From an uncultured delta proteobacterium (GTDB lineage Bacteria > Myxococcota_A > Polyangia > Polyangiales > Polyangiaceae): 64,000 nucleotides of DNA. Shown here piece by piece: positions 30,643 through 42,564 of the stretch. The notes beneath the pieces were generated by a model. That model searched no databases. It saw only the letters and a program-made list of their open reading frames with translations, and was not told where the DNA came from. The stretch covers positions 1,504,001 to 1,568,000 of the forward strand of contig CAWDXG010000001.1 in NCBI GenBank assembly GCA_963806225.1. Reading direction: 5' to 3'. Each line of letters opens with the position of its first letter. The stretch's first letter is position 1. The position numbers were made by a program, and so were the translations under genes.

Positions 30643-31011
30643 CTACTTCTTCTTCTTGGGGGCGGGCTTGGCGGGCTTCTTGGCCTTCTTGCCCTTGGCG
30701 TCTTCCTTCTTGGCGCCGCCGTCCTTGTCGTCCTTGTCGGCCTTGCCTTCGTCGGCCTTGCCTTCGTCGGCCTTGTCGTCGGTCTTGCCGTCGTCGGTCT
30801 TGCCTTCGTCGGCCTTGCCCGTGTCGCCGCTGCTCTCCTGATCCGCGTTGCTGTCGGAGTCGGGAACACTGGCGAACATGTCGGGTTGCGGTGCCGGCTG
30901 CACCACCGGCGCGACCGGCGGAATGCTCGCCACCTCGCTGCCCCCGCACGCCCCGAGTGCGAGCGCCAGCGCGCCCGCGGACACCAGCCCCGCGAAAGTC
31001 CACGTCTGCAT
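30643..31011 (-). CDS. Low-complexity lipoprotein with acidic/Lys-rich tail
   Basis: ALGAC lipobox; GKADE/GKTDD repeats; KKKK end. Confidence 0.75.
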   Translation of the reverse strand: MQTWTFAGLVSAGALALALGACGGSEVASIPPVAPVVQPAPQPDMFASVPDSDSNADQESSGDTGKADEGKTDDGKTDDKADEGKADEGKADKDDKDGGAKKEDAKGKKAKKPAKPAPKKKK

Positions 31012-31281
31012 GCCCGGGAGGCTAGATGAGGGTCCGGCTTTCGGCAAGCGCCGGGGGGATGCTCCCCAGCGCGGGACGGCGGGACGCGAGCCGCCGTGCT
31101 CGCTGCGCTCCGCGCGGCGGCGGTCCCCCAAAGCCGCGCTCCGCGCGCCCGGGGGGCCCTACGGCTGGTCGCGGTCGCGGTTGCGGTCGCGGTCCGGTGT
31201 CGGTGCGTCCGTGCCGGCGTCGGCGTCCATGCCCGCGATGTGCACGACACGTCTTCATTTGACACTTCGGTTTGGGCCCGT

Positions 31282-31567
31282 GCGGCGACAAATACGAGGG
31301 CATACCCGGTTATGTGGGGGTCAAATGTCGGCGCGCGTCGCGTCGCGGTGGCGAGCGGCGACAATTCCGAGGGCATACCCGGTTATGTGGGGGTCAAATG
31401 TCGGCGCGCGTCGCGTCGCGGTGGCGAGCGGCGACAAATACGAGGGCATACCCGGTTATGTGGGGGTCAAATGTCGGCGCGCGTCGCGTCGCGGTGGCGA
31501 GCGGCGACAATTCCGAGGGCATACCCGGTTATGTGGGGGTGAAGTGTCGGCGCGCGTCGCGTCGTGG
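31282..31567. repeat. Intergenic tandem repeat, 4 x 73 bp, with alternating variants
   Basis: Units start at 31282, 31355, 31428, 31501; gcggcgacaa(ata/ttc)cgagggcatacccggttatgtgggggtcaaatgtcggcgcgcgtcgcgtcgcggtggcga; fourth unit diverges. Confidence 0.95.
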
Positions 31568-31599
31568 TCGCATCGCGTCGCGTCGCGGTCGCGCCCGAC

Positions 31600-33225
31600 C
31601 TAGCGCGACCGCCCGTGATGCCCGCGCGTGTGCTGCGCGCTCTTGTGGTGCCGGTGCGAGTCGTCGTCGTCACTCGAGCGCCACACCGGCATGCCCGCCT
31701 TCTCCTGCCAGCCGGCTTCGCCGTACTTGCCATGCTCGCGCCACTCGTGCGTCGCGCCGCCTGGTCGCGTGTCCTTCTCGTCCACGTCCAGCCCCTGCGT
31801 CACCGTCAGCAGCTCGTCCGCCACGTATTCCGGGTGCTGGTCGCCCCGCACGTTGACGCTGTCGCGCGGCATGTCGCCCGTTCCCACCTTGATGATCTGC
31901 GTGGTCGGCGGATACACGTCGTTCCAGCGCTCGCGCACCGCATACGGACCGTCGCGCACGATGCGGTAGCGGTGCAGCTTGAAGCCCGGCACGCCGCGCT
32001 GCGAGAGTACGCGCACCCCCGACGGCAGGTGCTTGTCCTCGCGTTCCACCTGATCGAACGGGATGGCCGAGTCGATGTGGCGGATGAGGGTGACCGTACG
32101 CGTGCGCTTCGGTCCGAGGATCTCGGCGTGCACCTTGCCGTTCTTCACCGTCTCGTGCAGCACCACGGGGAACTTGAACGGGTTCTTGATGCGGAAGTCG
32201 ATGGTCGGGTACACCACTGTCGCGTCGAGCCCCATCTTGATGTACGAGCTCGGCCGCGTGTGCGGGTAGCGTTCGACGATGTCGAGCCCCGCGAAGAACG
32301 CCGCGCCGTGCAGCGTGCCGGAGATCTGGCACGTCCCGCCGCCGATGCCGTCGACCACCTCGCCCTCGGCGATCACGGGTGCCACCTTGTAGCCGTTCGC
32401 CTCGTCGCGCGCGCCCACCACGTCGTTGAAGTCGAACACTTCGCCCGGCAGCATCACGTAGCCGTCGAGCTTGGAGGCCGCGAGCCTGAGGTTGAACGTG
32501 CGCGCCGCGGCCCTGCGCGCGCGGTTGTAGTCCGTCTCGAAGTAGCCGAGCACGTGGTCGAACTCCACGTTGCCGAGCTCGGCGGCGACGCGCCGCGGCT
32601 TTCTGTGCTCGAACACGAGCGGCGCGCTGTGCTTGCCGTCGTGGAAAGCGTCGGCCAGGGCGCCGAGCGTGGCGTCGACGTCCAGCAACCTGCCCGGCAC
32701 CTCGTGCACGAGCTTCTTCTTGTCCAGGTCGAGGTGCGCGTCTTTCGGTAGCCGATCGAGCTCGTCCTTCAGCACCAGGATCGCCGGCAGCGCCTGGTCC
32801 ACGTCGACGACGATCGGCACCGGCAGATCCAGCGGGCCCTTCCTGCCGCTGTTCAGCCAGGCCCGCCGCATGGGGCTAGTCGCGTCGCGCGCGTCGCGCA
32901 CCAGCTGGGTCAGCCTCAGCTTGTCGATGCCGGCGCCCAGCCGCCCCGGCAGGAACTCGCGCACCTTGCCGTTCGGCATACGCAGCCCGATGCTGCGCGC
33001 CGCGTAGCTCCGCACCCGCTCGAGCGCCCGGGTGATGGCGTGGTCGTCGAGCTTCAGCGGCTGCCCGAGCAGCCGCACCTCGGGCGCCTTCGGCTTCGCG
33101 TCGTCGGTGGTGGGCGCGCGCGGCACCATCACGAAGCCGATGCCGAGCCCCGCTACGACCGCCACAGCGATGATGAGCGCTCCACGCGCGGCGGCTCCCG
33201 ACAGCTCGACTCCTCTGACCTTCAT
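31600..33225 (-). CDS. VanW family protein with N-terminal anchor and C-terminal G5-like domain
   Basis: RTFNLRLAA, PGEVFDFNDVVG.R, GGGTCQISGTL, ERYPH...SSYI..GLDATV. Confidence 0.9.
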   Translation of the reverse strand: MKVRGVELSGAAARGALIIAVAVVAGLGIGFVMVPRAPTTDDAKPKAPEVRLLGQPLKLDDHAITRALERVRSYAARSIGLRMPNGKVREFLPGRLGAGIDKLRLTQLVRDARDATSPMRRAWLNSGRKGPLDLPVPIVVDVDQALPAILVLKDELDRLPKDAHLDLDKKKLVHEVPGRLLDVDATLGALADAFHDGKHSAPLVFEHRKPRRVAAELGNVEFDHVLGYFETDYNRARRAAARTFNLRLAASKLDGYVMLPGEVFDFNDVVGARDEANGYKVAPVIAEGEVVDGIGGGTCQISGTLHGAAFFAGLDIVERYPHTRPSSYIKMGLDATVVYPTIDFRIKNPFKFPVVLHETVKNGKVHAEILGPKRTRTVTLIRHIDSAIPFDQVEREDKHLPSGVRVLSQRGVPGFKLHRYRIVRDGPYAVRERWNDVYPPTTQIIKVGTGDMPRDSVNVRGDQHPEYVADELLTVTQGLDVDEKDTRPGGATHEWREHGKYGEAGWQEKAGMPVWRSSDDDDSHRHHKSAQHTRGHHGRSR

Positions 33226-33348
33226 GAGCGTGCCGGATCCTGGAAACCGCTCGGGGCTCCGTCAAGGAACGGCCGGGCGGCCTCCGGGCCGGAGCGCGCG
33301 GCCCGAGCAGCTGGTCGCCGCTCCGGTCGCGATCTACCTTGAGTCGCG

Positions 33349-35385
<2,037 letters not shown>

Positions 35386-35630
35386 GCTCGGGGCCGTCGG
35401 GCCTGCCGAACGCCCTCCCCCACGAAGAATCAGTCGGGGCGTGAGCCGTTTTCCGGCGAGGGCGCCACGACGATCCAGAGCCGGCGCGACGCCCGCGATG
35501 TCTGCTGCGAGCGCGCCGCCGGAGCCAACCTGGTTGTCGTCAGCGCAAGTCGGGTTGGCGGCTACGCCGGAGTGGTCGTCGTTTCTACGTGGATCTGGAC
35601 GGCACGCAAACTGCGATGGGAGTACCAATC

Positions 35631-37958
35631 ATGCACTCGCCCCATACGAACTCGACGCGCCTCGTGCGCACGACCCTGGCCGGTCTGCTCGCGCTGGCGT
35701 GCTTCGCGCTTGTGTCCGGTTGCCTCGACCGCCCGGTCGTGCGCTCCTTTCCGATCACCAAAGACCTGTTCGTCGAATCGGTCAAACAGAGCGGCGTTGA
35801 CAAGATCGACCTATTGTTCATGATCGACAATTCGATCTCGATGGCGGACAAGCAGGCGATTCTCGCGAGCGCCGTGCCCCAGCTTGTCGACCGCTTGATC
35901 CATCCGATCATGGTGTGCACCGACGACGCGGGCAACGCGACACCGGCCAGCGGCGGCAGCTGTCCGCAAGGCACGACAGGCCCCGCCCAGGAGTTCAAGC
36001 CGGTGAACGACATCCACATCGGCGTCATCACCTCCAGCCTGGGCGGACACGGGCCGCCCACCAACTTCTGCAATCCGCAGGGGCCCGACCAGACGAACCC
36101 CAACAACAACGATCATGGCCATCTGTTGCCGAAGGTCCGCCCCAGCGCGACCCCGCCGCTCTCGAGCTACCAGAACATGGGCTTCCTCGACTTCGACGGT
36201 ACCAACGGCGGGTCGCTGGTGTCCGATTTCAAGAACCAGGTACCCGCCGCGGGCGAGCACGGCTGCGGCTTCGAGTCCTCGCTGGAGTCCTGGTACCGCT
36301 TCCTCGTCGATCCGGCGCCGCCGAAGGACGTCAAGCTCACCGGCAGCAACTCCGCGCCCGACGGCGTCGATCAGGAGGTGCTGAAGGAGCGCGCGGACTT
36401 CCTGCGTCCGGACTCGCTGCTTGCGGTCATCATGCTGACCGACGAGGACGACTGCTCGATTTCGGACAAGGGCCTCGGCTGGCTCGTGGCGCGCCCGAAG
36501 CCCATGCCCCGGGCGACGAGTGCGTGCGCCAAGGATCCGAACAGCGCCTGCTGTCGGTCCTGCGCGCTACAGGAGAAGTCCCCGCCCCCGGGCTGCCAGG
36601 CGCTGAGCACGGATCCGGCCTGCCAGCAGCCCGGCTTCACGCAGGACGAGGACCCCTACAACCTGCGCTGCTTCCAGCAGAAGCGTCGTTTCGGTCTGGA
36701 CTTGCTCTACCCCACGCAGCGCTACGTCAACGCGCTGTCGAACCAGCAGATCTGCCCGGGCAATCCTGACCTGTCGTGCGGCAAGAACGACAAGCCCGAG
36801 GGCAACCCGATCTTCTCGGACCTGACCCAGAGTGGAGTGACCCCGCGCGATCCTTCGCTGGTGTTCATCGCCGCCATTACCGGTGTGCCTTGGCAGGACA
36901 TTGCCACCGACGGCAAGAACAACACGCCGGACACGCTCCACTCGCAGAACACGCTGGAGTACAAGACGGCCCACCAGCTGTCCCAGGACAACGTGTGGGA
37001 CACCATCCTGGGCGACGTGAACCAGCACATCGCGCCCAGGGATCCACTGATGCAGGAGTCGATCGATCCGCGCACGGGCACGAACCCCATCACCGGCGCC
37101 GCCATCGCGCCGCCGAGCGCCAGCGTCGGGGCCAACCCGATCAACGGCCACGAGTACGACAACCCGAAGCGCTGCGACCTGCAGTACGCCTGCATCTTCC
37201 CCCTGGGCAACCAGACCAACGGCGTGGACTGCTCCACCTCGAGCGCCTGCCCCTCGCCCGACAGGCCGCTCTGCCAGAACACGGACGGCAGCTACGGCAC
37301 GACGCAGCACTTCGCCAAGGCCTATCCCGGTCTGCGCCAGCTGCAGGTTCTGAAGGACTTCGGGGACAACTCCATCGTGGCCTCGATCTGCCCCAAGGTG
37401 ACCCAGGGGCAGCCCGACGATCCGAGCTTCGGCTACAACCCGGCGGTCGGCGCCATTGTGGAGCGGCTCAAGGAGGTCCTCGGCGTCCAGTGCCTGCCGC
37501 GCCAGCTGACGCCCGACAAGGTGACCAAGCAGGTGCCGTGCAGGGTCGTGGAGGCGTTGCCGGACAACGCGCCGAACAAGTACGACTGCAGCAAGAAGGC
37601 CGGCCGCGCCCCACTCACTGGTGACAACGGCACGAAGCTCGCTGCCGCGGTGCGTGCTCGCCTGAAGGAGGACGGGCAGTGCGATGGCCCCAACCAGCCG
37701 GCCTGTTCCGACTTCACCATGTGCGAGATCCAGCAGCTCACCGACCAGACCGGGCTCCAGAGCTGCCTCGACAAGAACCCGGTCGACCCCGGTGTGAACG
37801 GCTACTGCTACGTCGACGCGAAGCAGGGCAACCCGGCCTTCATCAGCCAGTGCCCCGAGACCGAGCGGCGGGTGCTGCGCTTCGTGCCAGAGAGCGATAC
37901 GCCCACCAAGGGCGCCAACGTCTTCATCGCCTGCGCCGGGGCCACCTTCCAGAACTGA
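35631..37958 (+). CDS. Large Cys-rich vWA-domain lipoprotein, paralog 1
   Basis: VSGC lipobox; KIDLLFMIDNSISM (DxSxS MIDAS), HIGVITS, GCGFES, IMLTDEDDCS; many Cys. Confidence 0.85.
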   Translation: MHSPHTNSTRLVRTTLAGLLALACFALVSGCLDRPVVRSFPITKDLFVESVKQSGVDKIDLLFMIDNSISMADKQAILASAVPQLVDRLIHPIMVCTDDAGNATPASGGSCPQGTTGPAQEFKPVNDIHIGVITSSLGGHGPPTNFCNPQGPDQTNPNNNDHGHLLPKVRPSATPPLSSYQNMGFLDFDGTNGGSLVSDFKNQVPAAGEHGCGFESSLESWYRFLVDPAPPKDVKLTGSNSAPDGVDQEVLKERADFLRPDSLLAVIMLTDEDDCSISDKGLGWLVARPKPMPRATSACAKDPNSACCRSCALQEKSPPPGCQALSTDPACQQPGFTQDEDPYNLRCFQQKRRFGLDLLYPTQRYVNALSNQQICPGNPDLSCGKNDKPEGNPIFSDLTQSGVTPRDPSLVFIAAITGVPWQDIATDGKNNTPDTLHSQNTLEYKTAHQLSQDNVWDTILGDVNQHIAPRDPLMQESIDPRTGTNPITGAAIAPPSASVGANPINGHEYDNPKRCDLQYACIFPLGNQTNGVDCSTSSACPSPDRPLCQNTDGSYGTTQHFAKAYPGLRQLQVLKDFGDNSIVASICPKVTQGQPDDPSFGYNPAVGAIVERLKEVLGVQCLPRQLTPDKVTKQVPCRVVEALPDNAPNKYDCSKKAGRAPLTGDNGTKLAAAVRARLKEDGQCDGPNQPACSDFTMCEIQQLTDQTGLQSCLDKNPVDPGVNGYCYVDAKQGNPAFISQCPETERRVLRFVPESDTPTKGANVFIACAGATFQN

Positions 37959-38112
37959 GCTCCTCGACGACCCCCGCGAGCCAACCGTGGTGGACAGGGC
38001 GCCAACCCGGTTGGCGCCTCGAGGCCCCCGGGCCGGGAAATCCCGCAGGATCCTGCCGGCACGTTGCTTGCGACGTTGGCGTCCCATGCTGCGGCTCGCA
38101 TCCCCTCCCGGC

Positions 38113-38157
38113 GTGCCCCGGGCGCGATTGACAACAATCGTCCCGGGCACTTACGCT
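38113..38157 (+). promoter_or_regulatory. sigma70-like promoter TTGACA-N18-TACGCT embedded in an inverted repeat
   Basis: ttgaca 38128-38133, tacgct 38152-38157; cgattg-acaa-caatcg inside gtgccccggg...cccgggcac. Confidence 0.55.
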
Positions 38158-38279
38158 CGGGCGGCCGGTTGTCGTGCCGGCCAGTGGGTGTCGGCCCAGA
38201 TGGGGCCACTCGTCCACCCGCCCAGCCCGTCGCCGGACGCGACGGAGTGCGGGTCCCGGTCATCCAAGGAGCTTGTTCG

Positions 38280-40646
38280 ATGAAGCTGAAGTCTGCGAAA
38301 ACCTCTGGAACGAGCCTTCCGGCGCGCGTCGTGCGCACGGGATTGGCCGGCCTCGTCGCGGTGGCCACCGTGGCAGCGCTGGCGACGGGCTGCCTCGACC
38401 GTCCGGTCGCGCCGTCGACCCCGACGACCAAGAACCTCTTCGTCGACACGGTCAAGGAGACCGCCGTCGACAAGATCGACCTCTTGTTCATGATCGATAA
38501 CTCGATCTCGATGGCGGACAAGCAGCAGATCCTCGCCAGCGCGGTCCCGCAGCTGGTCGACCGCCTGATCAACCCGATCATGGTGTGCACCGACGATGCG
38601 GGCAACACCACGGCGGCCAACGGCCAGCCGTGCCCCTCCGGCACAAGCGGCCCCACGCAGGAGTTCAAGCCGGTCAACGACATCCACATCGGGGTCATCA
38701 CCTCCAGCCTGGGCGGCCACGGTGCCGCGACCAACTTCTGCAACCCGCAGGGGCCGGACAACAAGAACCCCAACAACAACGACCACGCCCATCTACTGCC
38801 CAAGGTCCGCACCGGGCTGTCGAGCTACCAGAACATGGGCTTCCTCAACTTCGACGGCACCAACGGCGCGCAGTTGAAGACGGACTTTACCAACCACGTC
38901 ACCAACGCCGGCGAGCAGGGCTGCGGCTTCGAGTCGTCGCTCGAGGCCTGGTACCGCTTCCTGGCCGACCCGGCTCCGCCGCAGAGCGTCACCGTCGCGA
39001 AGAACGTGTCGTCTCCGACCGGTATCGACAAGGAAGTGCTGACCGAGCGAGCGAACTTCCTGCGCCCGAACTCGCTGCTCGCCATCATCATGCTGACCGA
39101 CGAGGACGACTGCTCGATCTCCGACTCGGGCCTCGGCTGGCTGGTGGCGCGGCAGGATCACATGCCGCGCGCGACGGCTGCCTGCGCGACGGACCCGAAC
39201 AGCGCCTGCTGCCGCTCCTGCGCGCTGCAGGAGAGCTCGCCGCCCTCGGGCTGCCAGGCGATCAAGGTGGATCCGGCCTGCACCCAGGGCGGCTTCACGG
39301 ACAAGCAGGACGCGCTGAACCTGCGCTGCTTCCAGCAGAAGAAGCGCTTCGGTCTGGATCTGCTCTATCCCACCCAGCGCTACGTGAACGCGCTGACACA
39401 GCTGCAGATCTGCCCGAACCACGCCGATCTGTCCTGCGGCAAGAACGACACGCCACAGGCGAACCCCATCTATTCCGATCCGAGCGGGAAGGGAGCCACG
39501 GTGCGTGATCCCTCCCTGGTCTTCCTGGCCGGCATCACGGGTGTCCCCTGGCAGGACATCGCGACGGACAACACGCTCACCGATCCCAAGGCCCTCAAGT
39601 ACAAGACGGCCGACCAGCTCGCCGCGGGCGGCGTCTGGGACGACATCCTGGGCGACGTGAACAAGTACGTGAAGCCCAACGACCCGCTGATGGAGGAGTC
39701 GATCGATCCGCGGACGGGCTCGAACCCGATCACGAACGATGCGCTGGCGCCGCCTGGGGCGAACGCGAACACGAACCCCATCAACGGCCACGAGTACGAC
39801 ATCCCGGGCCGGGACGACCTGCAGTACGCCTGCATCTTCCCGCTGGGTACCCCGCGGCAGAACGGGCAGGACTGCGGCAACTACGGCCAGCAGGACGTGT
39901 CGCCCAACAAGCCGCTGTGCCAGAACCCGGCGGACAACAGCTACGGCACCACGCAGTACTTCGCCAAGGCCTATCCGGGTCTGCGCCAGCTGCAGGTGCT
40001 GAAGGACTACGGCAGCAACTCGATCGTGGCTTCCATCTGTCCGAAGGTGACCACCGGCTCCGATACCGACCCGAGCTTCGGCTACAACCCTGCGGTCGGC
40101 GCCATCATCGAGCGGCTGAAGGAAGTGCTCGGTGGCAAGTGCCTGCCGCGCAAGCTGCAGCCGGTCACCGACACGAAGAGCCCGACCTATGGGCAGGTGC
40201 CGTGCGAGGTGGTCGAGGCGCTGCCCGCCGGCTCGCCGAACGCCTACGACTGCACGAAGAAGCCCGGCCGCTCGCCGCTCACGGGTGACAACGGCGCCAA
40301 GCTCGAGGCGGCCGTGCGCTCGCGGCTGAAGCAGGACGGCCAGTGCGACGGCACGGGTCAGCCGGCGTGTGCCGACTTCAAGATGTGCCAGATCGACCAG
40401 CTCGGCCCCCAGACCGGGCAGGCGAGCTGCCTGAACGACGACCCGGTCAAGGCGGGTGTCAACGGCTACTGCTACGTCGACCAGAGCTGCGTCGACGCCA
40501 AGACCTGCAACGGCAAGTTCATCAGCCAGTGCCCCGAGACGGAGAAGCGCCTGCTGCGCTTCGTCGGGGCCGACACGAAGACGCCGACCGACGGCGCCAA
40601 CGTGTTCATCGCCTGCGCCGGCGCGACGTTCGCGACGGGATCCTGA
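38280..40646 (+). CDS. Large Cys-rich vWA-domain lipoprotein, paralog 2
   Basis: ATGC lipobox; collinear with paralog 1 along its whole length with long identical blocks. Confidence 0.85.
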   Translation: MKLKSAKTSGTSLPARVVRTGLAGLVAVATVAALATGCLDRPVAPSTPTTKNLFVDTVKETAVDKIDLLFMIDNSISMADKQQILASAVPQLVDRLINPIMVCTDDAGNTTAANGQPCPSGTSGPTQEFKPVNDIHIGVITSSLGGHGAATNFCNPQGPDNKNPNNNDHAHLLPKVRTGLSSYQNMGFLNFDGTNGAQLKTDFTNHVTNAGEQGCGFESSLEAWYRFLADPAPPQSVTVAKNVSSPTGIDKEVLTERANFLRPNSLLAIIMLTDEDDCSISDSGLGWLVARQDHMPRATAACATDPNSACCRSCALQESSPPSGCQAIKVDPACTQGGFTDKQDALNLRCFQQKKRFGLDLLYPTQRYVNALTQLQICPNHADLSCGKNDTPQANPIYSDPSGKGATVRDPSLVFLAGITGVPWQDIATDNTLTDPKALKYKTADQLAAGGVWDDILGDVNKYVKPNDPLMEESIDPRTGSNPITNDALAPPGANANTNPINGHEYDIPGRDDLQYACIFPLGTPRQNGQDCGNYGQQDVSPNKPLCQNPADNSYGTTQYFAKAYPGLRQLQVLKDYGSNSIVASICPKVTTGSDTDPSFGYNPAVGAIIERLKEVLGGKCLPRKLQPVTDTKSPTYGQVPCEVVEALPAGSPNAYDCTKKPGRSPLTGDNGAKLEAAVRSRLKQDGQCDGTGQPACADFKMCQIDQLGPQTGQASCLNDDPVKAGVNGYCYVDQSCVDAKTCNGKFISQCPETEKRLLRFVGADTKTPTDGANVFIACAGATFATGS

Positions 40647-40786
40647 GGCGGAAACGCAGACCGCGACAGGGGCGGCCGCCGATGGCGTGCCGCCCCGCCG
40701 CGTTTTGTGCGTGGGCTTGACGTCCGGCATGGGCTCCCGGCGGGGGGATTCCCTGCCCGGTGGGCGTTGATCTACGATGGCGCCCG

Positions 40787-41476
40787 GTGGAGCCGCGGAA
40801 GACCATCCTGGTCGTGGAGGACGAGCCGCACATCGCGCTCGGGCTCAAGGACGCCCTCGAGTTCGAGGGCTTCCGGGTCGTCACGGCCGGCACGGGCAAG
40901 GAGGGCGTGCACATGGCGCGGCAGGAGCGGCCGCACGCGGTGCTGCTCGACCTGATGCTGCCCGACGTGAACGGCTACCAGGTGTGCGAGGACCTGCGCC
41001 GCCACGACGCGTTCATGCCCATCATCATGCTCACGGCGCGGAGCCAGGAAGCGGACAAGATCCGCGGGCTCGACGCGGGCGCGGACGACTACGTCACCAA
41101 GCCCTTCAGTGTGGGCGAGCTCATCGCGCGCATCCGCGCGCTGTTCCGCCGCGCCAACCGTCCGTCGGAGGTCCTCATCTTCCAGGTGGGAGGCGCCAGC
41201 GTGAACGTGACCGCCCATACCGTGCAGCGCGCCGGCAAGCAGCCGGAGAACCTCTCTTTCTACGAGGTGGAGCTCCTGCGCCTGTTGTACGAGCGCCAGG
41301 GCCAGCCCGTCGGTCGTGAGGAGATCCTCAACAAGATCTGGGGCGTCGACGCCAATCCCACCAACCGCACCATCGACAACTTCATCGTCAAGCTCAGGAA
41401 GAAGCTCGAGCGCCGGCCGGACAAGCCGCAGCACATTCTTACGGTGTACGGGTTCGGGTACAAGTTGGTGCTGTAG
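40787..41476 (+). CDS. OmpR/PhoB family response regulator
   Basis: [50 protein letters not shown]. Confidence 0.93.
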   Translation: MEPRKTILVVEDEPHIALGLKDALEFEGFRVVTAGTGKEGVHMARQERPHAVLLDLMLPDVNGYQVCEDLRRHDAFMPIIMLTARSQEADKIRGLDAGADDYVTKPFSVGELIARIRALFRRANRPSEVLIFQVGGASVNVTAHTVQRAGKQPENLSFYEVELLRLLYERQGQPVGREEILNKIWGVDANPTNRTIDNFIVKLRKKLERRPDKPQHILTVYGFGYKLVL

Positions 41477-41644
41477 GTTGCCTCCCCTCGCAGGTGCTCG
41501 GCCCTTCGGGCCTGCGCGCCTGCGGTCCCCTCCAAGGCCGGACGCGCCGCGCTCCGCGCGCCGCGCGCGGCCGGAGGGGACATGCACGGCGTTGCGCGGC
41601 GCGGGCACAGCGATGTGCGGCTTGGGACGAGCTCGCTGGGACAT

Positions 41645-41704
41645 TCCTGCCCGCCGGCACAGCGGGGCTTCCTGGGTGAAGCCCCGCTGTGCCGGCGGGC
41701 AGGA
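41645..41704. repeat. Long perfect inverted repeat (27-bp arms, 6-nt loop) overlapping the DUF559 ribosome-binding site
   Basis: tcctgcccgccggcacagcggggcttc-ctgggt-gaagccccgctgtgccggcgggcagga; AGGAGG at 41701. Confidence 0.85.
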
Positions 41705-41714
41705 GGTCATTGTC

Positions 41715-42086
41715 ATGCGTTGTTCGTCTCGCTGTTCCGCTCATCGGCACGCTGAGCTCGCCGCCTGCGCTGCGCGCATGCGGCATGCGCCTACGGCTTC
41801 GGAGGCGGCTTTGTGGTCCGCGCTCTCCGGGCGGCGCGTTGGTGGGGTGCAGTTCCGGCGGCAGTATGTGCTGGGTGGGCGCTTCATTGCGGACTTTGCC
41901 GCGCCCGCCGCGCGGCTCGTCGTGGAAGTGGATGGCAGCGCGCACCGCGGGCGCGAGCGGCACGATGCGCGGCGGGACCGGGCGCTCGCGGCGCTGGGCT
42001 ATCGCGTGCTTCGGCTGGATGCAAAGCTGGTGCTGCGGGACCTGCCTACAGCGGTGGGGCAGGTGAGGGAGGCGCTTGCGCGGTAG
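41715..42086 (+). CDS. DUF559 (Vsr-like) endonuclease domain protein
   Basis: T.SE..LW..L, FRRQ, FIADF, LVVEVDG..H, D.RRD..L...GYRVLR. Confidence 0.88.
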   Translation: MRCSSRCSAHRHAELAACAARMRHAPTASEAALWSALSGRRVGGVQFRRQYVLGGRFIADFAAPAARLVVEVDGSAHRGRERHDARRDRALAALGYRVLRLDAKLVLRDLPTAVGQVREALAR

Positions 42087-42128
42087 CGGCGTAGCGGCGA
42101 TGCGGCGCCCGCTCCGGCGCGGCGCTCT

Positions 42129-42264
42129 GCACTATTTCGCGTGCTACGCGGAACTCGATAGCATCACGCGCCGCCCGCCCATCTCGGCTCGAACCGCGCC
42201 CTGGCCAGCGCTATGCAGGGCCCGATGGGGGCGCTATGCTGGACATCGAATAGTTGTTGGGCGG
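42129..42264 (+). other. Second attI-like site (orphan, no adjacent integrase)
   Basis: Three blocks match 45847-46014 and end in tatgctggacatcgaatagttGTTGGGC (core GTTRRRY at 42256). Confidence 0.6.
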
Positions 42265-42268
42265 ACAC

Positions 42269-42556
42269 ATGGCGACGACTCGGTGGATCCATCTTCGCAG
42301 TCCCACTCCCTGGACTGAAGACATGTTCGCCGCCTTCGAGAGCGGCTGTCGGCTTTGGCGCGCGACCATAGAGAGCATCGATCTTATCAATGCGCACAAG
42401 GACGCGGGGCAAACGTGGTCAGACGGGCCCAGGCTTCGGTTACGCGTCCAACACCCCGGTGTCCTCCATCTTGGTTTTGGTTCAGCGAGTCCCGATGCCG
42501 GCACCGACGCGGGGACGAAGCTCTACAACGTCTACCCCGCCATGACGATCAAGTAG
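42269..42556 (+). CDS. Short hypothetical ORF directly after the GTTRRRY core (possible truncated or chimeric cassette)
   Basis: ATG 6 nt after GTTGGGC; no closing attC found. Confidence 0.4.
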   Translation: MATTRWIHLRSPTPWTEDMFAAFESGCRLWRATIESIDLINAHKDAGQTWSDGPRLRLRVQHPGVLHLGFGSASPDAGTDAGTKLYNVYPAMTIK

Positions 42557-42564
42557 CCCACGCC

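Noticed and set aside
31282..31567. Possible CRISPR array (period about 73 bp)
   Set aside because: Units are nearly identical throughout with no unique spacers, and no cas genes are in the window
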